Shown: in pieces, positions 1-13,060 of the stretch | How the letters are laid out: each line of letters begins with the position of its first letter | Numbering within the stretch: the first letter of the stretch is position 1 | Assembly: GCA_026023565.1 (NCBI GenBank) | Contig: JAPETS010000006.1 | Coordinates: 744,001-808,000, forward strand | Source: Cirrosporium novae-zelandiae | Lineage: Eukaryota | DNA: 64,000 bases | Direction: 5' to 3' | Translations under genes and position numbers: made by a program | Notes under the pieces: generated by a model | What the model was told of the DNA's origin: nothing | What the model saw: the letters and a program-made list of their open reading frames with translations, nothing else | Databases searched by the model: none

Positions 1-2238
1 AAATCGGCAGTGTTCTCATCTGGACCCATGAACAAAATCTCCTCCTGACCATAGAGATCTACGATCGGGTCCTTTATTCCGGGACTATTTGCTGGCAGAA
101 GAAGGTCCATAATACTATCAATGTACTTCTCAAATGCAACCTTCACCTTGTCCTGGTGATCCTTATCCAGTAAGATCACACCTTTCGAACCTCCCTCTGG
201 GATGTCCTTGTTCTTGCGCTGTTGAGTGTTGGCAAGATTGTAGTTTTCGTCGAATATCGAGCGTGCATTGATAGAATAGGCTTCGGCATTTCTTGACTTA
301 ACAATACGAATACCACCCCTTGCAATATCCCGGAATCGTAAATGAAAACCACGGAACTCTGAGCTGATAACCAAGAACATACCGAAGAGGGGCTGGGGGT
401 ATTCAGCCGGAGGTAAGAAGTCGGGTTTGAGTCGGAAACTCAAAGCGACCTTTGTGGGGGTGTAGAAATTGGTTTTAAGCACCGCCTTATTAAAGACTCG
501 GAATGCTGTCAATACCAACCCGTCGTGCTCGTTCTCTACCGTCTTGGCAATTATAGTCTGAAGCTCTGTATCACCTAGGACCTTGTCAACCTTCAAGCGA
601 AGGTAACTAAGTGTGGGAATGAAGTCGTCTTGCTGTCCACGCGTCTGAACGTAATGGGTATCCGCAAAGTTCAGGTACAGCGAGTGTATTAAATCAGGGT
701 ATTTGTAAATAATCTCAAGAATGTAATCAGGGGTAAAGGTCTCAGTTCGAAATCGTTTCTTGATCTTTGAAAGTAGTTCTGCATGAACACTGTTGCTGGG
801 ATTCAGCAGTGAGACCAAGGAAGTATATTCCGATCCCAAGCGGTTCAGGAAATGTTGTGTGAACACCCAGACGCAATGAGCATAAATTGTTTCTTGCAAA
901 CTTAGACGACCCCTTGCAAAGTGGCCTTGTAGTTTGTTTTGGGGAACGCAGTATAGCAACGACACTTCCTTCATGATCTGGTGGATCGAAGACTCGATAG
1001 GAGGATGCTTTTCCTGGCCATTAGGTAGAGGACGTAGATACAAAGACATGATAGTCATCCCATTGGAGAATTGCTCCACGTATTTTCTCGAACTAGTGAG
1101 ACCGTAATAATGATAAAGGTCGGAAAGGGCGCTGCATAGGCCCATTGCTGATCCTTGTTTGTACGCAATCACAAGCCTTTTCTCCCTGCTACCCTCAACT
1201 TCGAACATTTCGATGACAGGCCCTGCTCGCACAATCCCATGAGTAATAACCTCCTGGTAGATGGTCTTGGTGTTTTTGGTGGCCTTTTGAAGAAATCTCT
1301 TGTCGCCAATAACTTCAATGTTTGTTTCCTCCGGACTTGGATCAGCATTCGCAAAATTACATTTGTACACAAACCAGCATCGCAGAGATTGGTTGTTATC
1401 TCCTGGGAGAGCGCTTGAAGAACGAAATGTTTCAACACGATAACTGGTTTTGGCATTCGAGCCATTGAGGTATTTTTCGTCTATTCGTGTCTCGTATCTC
1501 GGTCCCTCGATATTGGCAATTCCAGGTCTACTCGTATCAATATACACCGCGTGGTCTGCATCTTCTCTATCCAGGCGAATGCCCAAGCGGCCATCATCTC
1601 TTGCATACGCAGCCACCTTGGCAGCATATAGGGAAAGAATTTGGTTCACAATTGACTCGGCCGTCTCTGTTTGGAAAAAGCTATCGTCAATGCCTAGCAT
1701 ATTGTAAAACCATTCGGTCTCGGATTGGACAAATTCAGTGGGAATGAAGTTCTTGGTTTCGAGAATGTCCATCACTAAAAGACCAATTAGTATAATTTCA
1801 AGATCTTATAGAAAATCACCAAAACATGAGATAGAAATTCATAGTTCGTCTGGTTGAAAGCCGTATCAACACCTAGACTTGTGTAAATGCGATTCACCTG
1901 ATAGGAAATCTAGCACACAAAGACTCTAGGGGCGTTTACAGCCTACATGACTTGCACTTCGACCACACATTTTGTTTAATCTTCACTGGGGGGGGCTGAT
2001 AGAATTTACCTTGCTCCATTTGCTGTTCCTTGCCCTCAAAGACGGGTGCCACATAACCTGAACCCTCTTCAGATGGGATTCTGGCTAAATTCCCGGCCAC
2101 CCCCAGATGTGTAGGCTGAGGAGAGGGCTGCCGCCCGGGTGTTCTGACAACATGGTCAAGGAACTTGTTGCGAGGGGCTCCGGATGGCTTGTTAGGCTCA
2201 TCAAGAGATTCGATCTTAGGAATACTGGCTTCGGCCAT
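1..2238 (-). CDS. GDH2: NAD-specific glutamate dehydrogenase, 5' part (runs off the window start); exon 1 2238-2010, intron 2009-1775, exon 2 1774-<1
   Basis: N-terminus MAEASIP...RQPSPQPTHL...EEGSGYVAPVFEGKEQQMEQ splices (G|GTAAAT...TTTTAG|) into VMDILETKNFIP. The minus strand near 150-400 reads FRGFHLRFRDIARGGIRIVKS...NYNLANTQQRKNKDIPEGGSKG, typical of large fungal NAD-GDH. Confidence 0.95.
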
Positions 2239-3512
2239 AGCTTAAGGGAGTGTATGTAGATGTGACAGGGGAAAAAGAAAAGAATGATTGAGGAGGATGT
2301 TTAGAAAGGAATGAACCTAAGGATTTTATACAAGGGATGGATCGGAGTCAGCATTGTTTGAGCGGTTTATTGTAAGTTGGATGGTAGGAAATAGAAAATC
2401 TGGGGGGCAAATGCAAACCTAATTCGGAGTAGCTGAGCTCAATGACGTTGCGGGGAAAATCACGCGGATTGGAATTTCAAGGTCAGACGTGGAGCCAAGT
2501 CTCCTCACATTATGTAAAAAAAACTCGACGCAGATTCATGCTTGTCAAACATGAAGAGTCAGCAGCAAGGGATAGATAGATACTATTGTGATATAGGAAT
2601 GAAGATTTAAATATATCCTCATCCAGTATACTTCCTAATGCAGAAAGATAACTAAAAATCCCCCTCCCCCCCCCAAAACATTCTTTGTTACACAGCCATA
2701 CGAGTTGAGTGAGTTATGTGTTTCATGATAGTCTACATAGTATGATTTCAAGTGCTTGTTCCTGACTAGTGAAAGATAAGACCCTCCCTTGGCTCCAATG
2801 TCTTGGGAGAATTCAGAGATAACGGCGTCTAAAAATGGAAATGCTCGAATCGGATCCTTGATTTTCATCTCGTGTCATGATATCTCCATCGGAACCAAGG
2901 TGGATACCAGTAATCCTCAACCACCTTATTTCAAGTTAATAAAACTATTTTCATTTAATTTTTTTTCTTTCTTTCTTCTTCTTCTTCTTCTCTACTCGCT
3001 TCATCATGCAAGTCAACGACCAAAAAGCGAGAAGCGAGACGCGATACCTAAAATGTACCCCATGTGTTTGCCGAAATCACATTAAACTACCTAGGTATTT
3101 GTCGTAGTCACCTAGTTATGCAGCAAACTTGTCTTAAGACATTCGAGACTTTTTCCACGACAGACTTTTAAACTCGTGGCTATCCTTCTAACCTTTTGTT
3201 GGCTACTGAATGTTATAACTTAACTATGGTATCAAGTGATCATCAAATGCCGTATTACTGGCGGTCAACTACCATCAATTTTTAGCCATGAACCCAAGTT
3301 TGTCTTTTGGTCCCTTCGTCCATAGTCCCCATAGTTACCTGTATCCAAATCATCATTTCGCTTTCTGCATTTCCATCACGAGATGAAAGCTCGAGCTCAT
3401 CTACGAGCAAGGCATCCGAGAGACAAACTAGCCAGCTCATCTGTTCGGGATTTTTCATGACAGGTGGTTCACTAATTATTTGGTTTGGGTATAACTTATA
3501 CTCTACAACTTT

Positions 3513-5488
3513 CTAATCACGAACCCGCCACATCCGAATTTTACCCTTTTCGTTCCCCACAGCCAATAGTTCCGAACTTGGATTGAAGGTAACAGATGAG
3601 ATCCTTCCTAAGTTTGAAGATGAGGTAGGCCAGTTTCGATACACCGTGCAAGTTGGAAGATGGACTTTCTTTGAGTTAGCTGATCGGTCTCCAAAAAATT
3701 AACAACATTGAGGGTGGGTTGTGATACCTATTCTTAGAGCGTCTTTTTTCCATCGGCTTGACATGATTAACAACTGTCCATCTGGTGAAAACACCAGATG
3801 ACTGATTGCCGTTGTCAATTGGTCCAGCATTCTGGTAGGCTTTGGGTTTTTTGGAATACCGTCTTCCTCTAGCCAAGCTCTTCGGTCGTAAATATTAACA
3901 ATTCCACTACTCGAGCCAACTGCTACCCATCGATCTCCGCCGAACTTTTCTTGACCACTCCTTCCACCAAGCGCTAAAACCGAGGTGCCGACAGCTCCTT
4001 CATCTACCCACCTAGAAATGATTGAGTCCTCTTCAATGTCCCATTCACTAATCTCTCCATTCTTGGCTGCAATAGTCAAACCATTCCCATTTCTCCACCA
4101 AGCAAAGTCGGCGACTCCATCCCGACTTTCTACTCTAGCCTCAGCAATCCATTGCAAGCTCTTTGCATCTAAAATATTTATATTGCCTCCGTATTTTTTA
4201 CCCGAGCCTGCCAAGGCCATATATCTTCCGCAAGGTGAAAGTCGGAATCGCTCCATAGTCCTTTGATCTTTTTCATGTCCATATATCCTTGTTACCTTCT
4301 CAACTTTACCGGTTTCGAGTCCCCAGATATGGAAATATCGTCGCCGCCCAGAGAAAAATATCCGAGAACCATCAGGGGCAAAAGCTGTGGTGTGGAGGGG
4401 GGTGGATTGCAGGTGCAATGATGTGACTAGGGGATTTGCAGTCTTTTCATCAGGGGAAATATGGTGAAGGTAAATAGTAGACGCGGGACCAGAGGATAGT
4501 AATAGAGGGAAGAAAGGGTGAAAGACCAAGGAGGTAACTGCAGACTTTAAATAGATTAGTTTTCGAAATTTGGGATTAGGTAGATTTAGGGAGCGGCTTA
4601 CAGGCTGGGCATTTTCAACACCTTTAATCCCCTCAATAGATAAAACTTCTGGTCGAAGTTTTCTCTTTCCAGATCTTGCGCCATTGCTGAGCATTTCTGT
4701 ATTTTGAAGAAGCTGCGCTAGCGGAAGGGTAGACAATTCCCCTTCATCTACATCTATTTCATCATCAGATGATTCCTGGCTGGAAATACCACTACCCTCA
4801 TCCGTGGTCTTCCTCTTTTTTCTCGGTCTTTGCGAAATTGAAGGATTGGCCCAACCAGGTACAGGATTTAATCGTTGAAACTGTATCCGTAATCGGCGTG
4901 TGTATTCTTTACCATTAATCATATCTTCCGCTTCCGTAACCCTGAGTTTGCGCAATCGTGAATCCGAGGCAAGAGACACCATGAGGCGCTCATCGTCGCT
5001 GTCTTCCCAAGCTGGGGGGTTTTCAGTATCTTGGTGGGTTTCCTCTCCAGGCTGTGCAATTGGAACCAAGGACGACTGTTCAGTAGCTCTGGTAGGACCT
5101 GAATCTATGAAGAAAAGCTAGAACACTGGAATTAGCGCTCGAAGCATAAAACCTGGGTTTCAAGTATACCTACATCGGCGTCAGCGACGCCCGCAACATC
5201 TCCTTGATCGCCAGCGGATTGTTCTGCGCCGCTTGCATCAGTGTCACTGTGATCTTCGTCGGAGGCAGAGTCCGATCCTTGGTCATCGAAATCATGTATA
5301 GCTTCCTGGAATGCTTCGTCATCCCCAAATACAAGTTGTTCCAACTGCTTTTCGATTTCATCTTTCTCCATTGGATCGCCAAGTTCATTAGCATTAGAAA
5401 CAGGGACTATTGCATATTTTTTTTCTATATCAGACTCAGAAGACTCTTCATTCAGAGGGCCAGCCTTTTGGGAAGATTTTCGAGCCAT
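3513..5488 (-). CDS. UTP18: U3 snoRNP / SSU processome WD40 protein Utp18; introns 5173-5118, 4601-4545, 3727-3665
   Basis: Motifs LEQLVFGD, PAWEDSDDERL.VSL...RLRKLR, EY..RLR.QF, WD repeats, and C-terminal KKDALRIVHLPTCTVYRNWPTSSSNLG. All introns are GT-AG. Confidence 0.93.
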
Positions 5489-5963
5489 ACTTAAATTGAG
5501 GTTGAAGAAAAGTAGCACGCCAATATTAAATACTCGTCCGAAATTTTGGGAAATTTTAGGAAATTTTTACTGTAGCTGTTGTCACGTGCCAAGCTCTACT
5601 TTAAAGCTAACTACCTACTGCATCTCTGTGCGCAGTGGGGAAGTTTACCAGCGGGCACCAAACCTTAATCAGGCGAACTAGCTCTGAGCAAGGACCTTAT
5701 ACCTCTGAGATGAACTCCTCATAATGAGAAAATTAATAAGAGATTTTTGTTAAATTTCTTATGGTTATTAGGTTACATTTCAGAGCTTCATTAATACCTT
5801 AAACTTGAGCAAAAATTTCACAACAAAAGCTACCTCGGAATTTATGCTTGTGTTCATAGCCAACCCGTCATACTATATTTCAACATATGCGATATTGTCT
5901 AGAAATACCAACAGAAATACAAATCGCAAACTTAAGGAAACACAAATCACAACCACACTTCTA

Positions 5964-7795
5964 TTATTGCGAACAAGCCCCTGGGTTCATCAAACACCAG
6001 ACCATTTGCACGGGCTGCGCGCCCACTCCTTTTGTAACCATCCGTTCCCTCCACTCTGCTAACCTTGGACTTGCTTCCATGAAGCTTCTTTCCGTTCCAT
6101 TGGGATACGCTCGTGTCGTCCACAGAACTTCTGCCGCGGCAGCAGCCCTAGGCCACAACATTCTGTCTAGGACGACGGGATCTGTTTGCTCGGACCAGAG
6201 ATGTACTTCACCACCTAGCACAAGGTGAGTGAGGTTCTGAGGGATTCCGGAGAGGGGGTTGTAAGAGTAAATTTCGCGCCAGTTTTTGACAGGGTAGCAA
6301 TAATCATTGTAAGGTGGTGCGACGACGTTAGAATCAGGACGGGGATCTACCCATGCACCAAGGCCGCAATCTAAATACCAGTATTCGTACGCTCCAGCGA
6401 TGACGGGATGACCTTTCTCAACGGCGCCGAGGACGGAGGCATTAGAGATCCAGGACTGAACAATAACATCGGAAGGAAAGGTCAGGTTCCAGTTGAGAAC
6501 CATTTCCTCCCAGACCATCGGGGTGAGGCCAGCATTTCGAACAGAGGAGTGAATGTGGTCGAAAAAGCTCTGGAGGAGGGGTTTCAAGACGGAGGTTGAG
6601 TTGGACTTTACTGTTGGATCGAGTAGGTAAGCATTCACATTGACTTCATCACCGCCCGTGTGGTACTTGGTAGAGTACGGGGATATACGGGGAAGCAGGT
6701 CGGAGAAGAGAGTGTCTGTGAAGTTGAAAACTGCGGATGAATTAAGCTTAAGTTGACCAGAAGGGGGTTCGTTGGCATAGGTCGGCCAGTCCGGAAGCTC
6801 ATTGTACGCAGTTATAAGATCAGGGTAGGCATGATGAACAGATGCAGTATGTCCAGGCATATCAATCTCAATATAGACTTCGATACCTCTTTTCATACCA
6901 TAAGTTTGGATATTATCGAGATCATCAGAGGTAATCTGCAAATCACGACTATAAGCACCTTTGTTTGCTAAGTTCGGTAACGATGGGATCTGCAAAGGCC
7001 AGGATTGGGAGTCGGTTGCATGAATATGGAGCTGATTGAATTTGACGGTGGACATCACATCAAGCACATGCAGAATATCATCCACAGAGTAGGGACTACG
7101 GGCAATATCCAGATTCAAACCACGGTGCTTGAAGGAGGGACTGTCTTTGATTTGAACAGGAGCAAAAGGCATGTAGATTCCTTCTCGTGAGGAGAGAACA
7201 TAGAAAAGTTGTTTGAATGTCTCCAGGGCACGAAGCACACCCAGGGTGGTATTTGCAGCAATAGAAGCATCGCCATTTTCAGATATGTTCAGCTCGTATG
7301 ATTCGTCACCGTAGGTAGAAAAGTGAGAGGAGCTGTTTGACGACGAAGTAGCCTGAGAAACGGTCACAGTTTTGATGTAGACACTAGAATTGCTCAAGGT
7401 TGGTTCGAAGTCGGAGTTTCGTGGATGAAATTTCCAAGGTACAAAGTCGTCTTCAAAAAGATCCTGGCGGCAACGATTCAGCGCATCCTATTCAAAAATA
7501 TTAGTCAAGATGTTGTGTCCTTGAAGGGTATATGTGCACTACGCTATAAGTTTAATGATCAGCACGAGCAAATTAGAGTTATCAGAGGGACAGAGCTGTA
7601 CCTATCAATCTGATCAAATCCTGTGAATGAGCCAATAGAACTGTTTTGGCTGCCAGTAAATTCGAAGTTGGGAGAGAGCCAGAGGACTGTATTTCCAGAA
7701 CTGAATTCTCGAGGTGCAGGCCAGACAGCGCTGCACAAAGGAACCAACAAGCTAAAGAACACAACTCCAAGATCTCGGATATGGATTTTCTCCAT
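5964..7795 (-). CDS. Secreted GH20 beta-N-acetylhexosaminidase (5' exon structure around 7488-7601 uncertain)
   Basis: Signal peptide followed by VWPAP; HRGLNLDIAR, HIHATDSQSWP, EIDMPGH, catalytic HTGGDEV, YLDCG, GGEVHLWSE, WPRAAAAAE. Confidence 0.93.
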
Positions 7796-10475
7796 CTTGT
7801 GAACCAAAGAACAAGAGAACCTGGAGGCGACTTCTACTAATAAGAAGTCATGAATCAAAAGGTCAAATGAAATAGAATAATAAACAACAAAAGTTGGAAG
7901 AAGAAGGCCTACTAATAGCAGATGACCACAAAAATGTGAATGTTGTTTATTGATTGTTTGTTTTACTGTGCAACCCCAGCTGAAGATGATGCATGACCCT
8001 ATTTATTCTAATTCAATCTCACCGCAGCCCCAGGTTTCAAGGTGGAGGCAATGTGTAAAAAGGCAAATGACGATTTGACATTCTGCAAGGACCAGCTCCT
8101 GAATCATTTGCATCCGAGAAAGCCTTGCAGGGAAGTTGAACTCTTTAAGATTGCGTTGGAGCCTGCGGATGATGGGTAGAGGACGTGGTATTTTCTTGGC
8201 CTTCTTTAGTTAGAGGGATTCCATGTTTTTGGTTTTATTTTTTTGGTTTTATTTTATTTGTGACCAGCCATTGCTTGTTCGGTAGCCGAAGGAGTGAAGG
8301 AGGGTTGGGTTGGGGGGGTTGTAAAAGGACGGAGAGGGGCGGAGAAGGTTGGAAGAAGAATTAGCGTGCACGTGCCGAGGCACAGTTATTGATCTTCCAG
8401 AAATCATCGGCTAACGGATCTTCAACTCCTCATCTTTCCAATAGGAAACCTCTTTACCAATATCTTCTATGAGTTAGTTAGTTAGGCTTCATTTGTCTTG
8501 CTTTTCCCCCTTAAACAAAGGCACCTGATACATGGCTAAGAGACGGTTGGTGTTCAATAAACACGGGGATGTTGTATAGAGTACGTATACAGTACAGAGT
8601 CATACTGTGGCGTTGGGAGATTTCAGCTCCTAAGACGGTGTCGACCTTATTGGTGATCCGTGTAGAATTTTGGTAGCATTTGGTAGACTTCACCCACTAA
8701 AAATAGTACAAATATATAAAAGGTTAAAAAATATCAATATTGTCGTTAACCAATAACCACATTTATATTTTTTAAACCGTAATTACTTAAATATGCGGCG
8801 TCATCCTTAGCGTCGCCCCCTCTCCTTGGTGTTTAACTCTTGATACTACAGTATCATAAAGGCGGTGTTCGAATTTCGTCTTGCAATACATCCTTCATAC
8901 AGCTCTCTGTTGCAACCCTCCCTTCTCAAACGCCTCTTCTTCTCTGCTTTTTTGTGATTCATCTTCACCTTGAGCTTAGAGCACTTGACCATTATTTCTA
9001 TCTCCAGTCATCTTGTTCCTACTATCCCAGTACCGATCTACAAATTAGCAATTTTTTGCCTGCCCGCTGACAGGACAGAAATCCCCAACTCAGCTTTCTT
9101 CTAGGGTTATTTCCACAGTCCTGCGGTCTCTCGTTAGCAGCTACACGGAAATAGTATAACTTTGGCAACGGACGCCAGGGAAGATGATCCGGATGGCTTG
9201 AGAGAATGCGTCCGAAGATGATTTAACTGGCATGGAAAATCGTGGCGTTTTGAAGGAATGTATAATTTGGAGCAAGAGAACAACGTTAAAGCCTTGACTA
9301 GCTTCCTCTCACAGATCCATCTGATCGCAAGCCTATGTGATATGTGCACTACGAAATATTGAATTCATTGTACGAGGTGCTTAAGGATAAGGCGACCGTC
9401 ACATTTATACATGGCTACTGAATGGTATTTAGCTTCTAGCTGGGAGCAACAAGCTAGCTAGTGCATTCCCTAATATATCGAAAAGTCGATTGTCCTTTTA
9501 ATCAACTCTAGCCATGTGCTTGAGGGTTATGATTGCAATTCCGGTCACTAGGTTTATCATAGCCGCAATTGCAAAGGAGCTGATATTGATATACTCCTAT
9601 TTGATGAAGTTGCTGTTAGTTACAATATGGAGAGCGCGGGCAAGACAGGTAACTATTTGCGAGTTTTAATCTCCTTAGGCCATGCTCAGCTGGGACTTGT
9701 TTACCACAAGAGTTATGTTGGTGTTGCTTACATTTGCAAGTTGGATGTTTTGGCTCCATATTTTATGTCCAATATCCTAACCCAGAGACGCGAAGCTTTA
9801 CGGAAGTACAGCGAAGTAGACTATGTTGGTTTAGTACATGATTCATGATTACCTTACTTCAAACAAACTACACTTCGGTGATCGACTCTCGATGCCTGAC
9901 TGTTCCTGTATAGGCAGGAAGGCAAATCCATCTGTCGGTGCTTCTTGTACTTACTAGGGACAAGGTGTTTGTATTTACAATAATATTATCATCATGGCTA
10001 GGGCTACATTTGTTCCCGCTCATAACTTCAATTCCTATCCAGGAGTATCACCTAGGTAAACACATGAAATATCTTCAATGTCGAGTAAAGATGCAAGTAC
10101 CTAGGTAGTTTCATAAAAGATCTACTAATTTAGGTTAAGCCACAGCGTTTTTTCGGTTGCGTCACAGTGCGGCGTTAAGCGGCTAAATTTTAGCGCAGGG
10201 CGGCGGAACAATGCTCTTTCAAAGTGGACCATCCAGTTCTCAAAGAACCTTACAATTCTTATTTCGGAACCAAAACCAGAGAAAGTCCCAAGGCTTTCTT
10301 TGACTTTTCTCAATTATTAATTCATTCTGTTATACTAAAGTAACTCCCTCTACCTTCCGAGTCTCAAAGAATCACCGCCACACTTTCTAATATTCAAACT
10401 CCACCCTTGTTATTGTCGCGATTTCTCCCCATCTGACCCACTTAATCCTGATTATCTTACATCAGGTCTTTCGCC

Positions 10476-12236
10476 ATGGTCGTTGCTGTTCAGGTAAACT
10501 CTCCGCTGGCATCGGCGCTGGCTACAGCTGTACAGCCGAAACTAGTGGATGCAGGATGGAGTTCTGCCGACGACAATACTCTAGCTGAATACATCATTTT
10601 GATGTTAGTCAACGGAAAAACGCAAGACGAGATTGCTACGGATTTAGCAAAAGATCTTTTACAACTACCAGCTGATGACCCGGGCGCGTCTGAATTTGCC
10701 TCTTGGCTATTTGAACAAGTTGAATCTATCAACCATCAGATCAATGGCCCCTCCCAAGACCAAAACGCGAATGCCCAATCCGACCTTCAAGCCATACCCT
10801 CATACACCGACAATGATAATTCAAGAGGAACGCGTCAAGATAGCAGACAAGACGGAGATACAGATATGGCCGATACAACAAATGGTCACGACGTGTACGT
10901 TTGGCAACACCCTAGGAATTTTCATCCGCCGCTGCTTTCCCCTTTCAACTTCCCATATCCCCCCCAATCTAACCCCCAATTCTATCCTCAAGCGCTAACA
11001 TACCCCGGTTTCAGCCCCACTGGTCCAAAGGCTATGCGGAATAATAACGGACGAAAAGGTTCAAACAACAATAAGCGATTGATGGGACAGCTTTCAAAGG
11101 CTATGGATCGTTCAAACGATTCGGCCTTGCACCGTGTGCGTCCTCAATCAGGTAACGAGCGGATAAATATGCACAGTAGAGAACCACCGAAGGGTCCTCG
11201 AAGCATGCAAGGCAGAATCCAGAAAATGGCAAATCGACCGGCACCACTGATGGGTGGATTCCCGAATGCGCCAATGCCAAACGGACCAATGGCGACCCCT
11301 TTCCTAAATATGAGTGTCCAACAACAGCAAAATATGCAGGAATTCTACAAAGGGATGATTGAAAAGATGACTGAAAGCATGCTCACGGGCCAGCCACCAA
11401 TGTTGCCTGGCATGCCGACCCCGCCGGGGATGAACATGAACTTTTTAAATGGAGGATTTCAACCACAGGGAGGCAGGTCGTTATTCGATCGAGTAGATAA
11501 CCACCCAAAGCAGAACGGCCATTTCAGCAAACGTGGTTCGCACAATGGTCAAGGCCACCACCATGTAGATACGCCAATGTCAGAAACCACCAAGCAAGAT
11601 TCTAATGTCGATACGGCCTCATCAATGGATGTAGAAGGCCCACAACCTGCCAACGAAAGCAGCACCCCTCCAGAAGATATTGTATGTCGATTCAACCTCT
11701 CCTGCACCAAAGCCGACTGCAAGTTCGCACATCAATCCCCCGCAGCCCCCCCAGGAACGGCCATCGACCCCCACGACAACTGCACCTTCGGCGCCGCCTG
11801 CAAGAACCGAAAATGCACCGGCCGTCACCCGTCGCCCGCGCAGAGAGCCAACTTCCAAGCCGAGCAGGACTGCAAGTTCTTCCCGAACTGCACCAACAAA
11901 AACTGCCCATTCCGCCACCCGCAGTCAAAAACTCTATGCAAATTCGGCGCCGAGTGCAACCGGTCCGACTGCCCCTTCCTGCACATGAACAAAATCCCCT
12001 GCAGATTTGACCCCTGTCTCAAACCGGACTGCCCTTACCAGCATACGGAAGGCCAGAAACGAGGGACCTTCGCCGATAAAGTGTGGACCGCGGACCAAAT
12101 GAAGGAGGCGGAGCATGTCAGCGAGAGGAAATTCATCGCCGACGAAAACGCAGAGGAGGAACTAATCAAGCCTGATGCTGGCGGCGTGGGATTCAAACCC
12201 GTCGAGGCAACAACCGTTACGGCCGATATCGAATAA
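10476..12236 (+). CDS. NAB2: Nuclear polyadenylated RNA-binding protein Nab2 (PWI-like N-terminus, tandem CCCH zinc fingers); intron 10895-11014
   Basis: N-terminal LAEYIILMLVNGK; repeated CRFNLSCTKADCKFAH / CKFFPNCTNKNCPFRH fingers; C-terminal HVSERKF. Confidence 0.92.
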   Translation: MVVAVQVNSPLASALATAVQPKLVDAGWSSADDNTLAEYIILMLVNGKTQDEIATDLAKDLLQLPADDPGASEFASWLFEQVESINHQINGPSQDQNANAQSDLQAIPSYTDNDNSRGTRQDSRQDGDTDMADTTNGHDVYVWQHPRNFHPPLLSPFNFPYPPQSNPQFYPQALTYPGFSPTGPKAMRNNNGRKGSNNNKRLMGQLSKAMDRSNDSALHRVRPQSGNERINMHSREPPKGPRSMQGRIQKMANRPAPLMGGFPNAPMPNGPMATPFLNMSVQQQQNMQEFYKGMIEKMTESMLTGQPPMLPGMPTPPGMNMNFLNGGFQPQGGRSLFDRVDNHPKQNGHFSKRGSHNGQGHHHVDTPMSETTKQDSNVDTASSMDVEGPQPANESSTPPEDIVCRFNLSCTKADCKFAHQSPAAPPGTAIDPHDNCTFGAACKNRKCTGRHPSPAQRANFQAEQDCKFFPNCTNKNCPFRHPQSKTLCKFGAECNRSDCPFLHMNKIPCRFDPCLKPDCPYQHTEGQKRGTFADKVWTADQMKEAEHVSERKFIADENAEEELIKPDAGGVGFKPVEATTVTADIE

Positions 12237-13060
12237 AGGCACGACTTTAACTTGTCATGATGGATTGATTGATTTGACGGACAGATTAGCAACTGGGAGA
12301 TTATTATCATCACCAAATGGGAAGGGAAATGGCTTATAGGGGATTGGGGGGGTTAACTTTGCTTTTTTATCCAACCTTTTTTTTTAATTCCAAGTTTGGG
12401 CGCTCAAAAGGCGAGAAAGGGGGTTGGGGGCCGAGAAAGGGAGGGGAGGCTTCGAAGGGAAGCGGGGGGTTGATGGGTTTAACAAACAAAGTGTATTATG
12501 AGATGAATCCTTTCTTTTCCTTTGCATGCAACCTTTTTTCTTATTGGGATGTTTGGGTATATAAATGTTCTCTCTTTTTTTTTCCTTTTTTTTTTTTAGA
12601 CAACGCACACTGAAAAGGTAGCGAGCGTCCTTATTCTCGTGGAGGGGAAACCGAACAGAACCGAAAAAAAAAAATATCAAATGAAATTTTTTTTTCTTGC
12701 TCTCTGGGATAGTCCCTCAAAAAAGGGGGGGGCATCTCGGAGGTAAAACCCCCCACATACATATTACTACATATTTCCATTGTTCACTTTCTTCTTCAGG
12801 TTTTTTTTCTTTTCTGTATTTGTACATGTACATTGTTACGAATATCTAAAGATAGCCAGGGGAGTATAGGATAGGGAGGAAAGAAGAAGAAGCAAGAGAG
12901 GTTAAGAACATAGGCAAAAGGGTAAAACCAAAACAAAACAAGCACAAAACACATCCCATCTATTAAAAATAAACCACCACCATTCAAGTTCCATCCCAGT
13001 CCGTCCATCTAAGAATATGTCTCCCAAGCCCCAACAAACTAATCCTCCCACCACCACAAC

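Noticed and set aside
8000..10400. Short ORFs between the hexosaminidase and NAB2
   Set aside because: All are under 80 aa with no recognisable domain or coherent exon chain; treated as divergent promoter/intergenic DNA.
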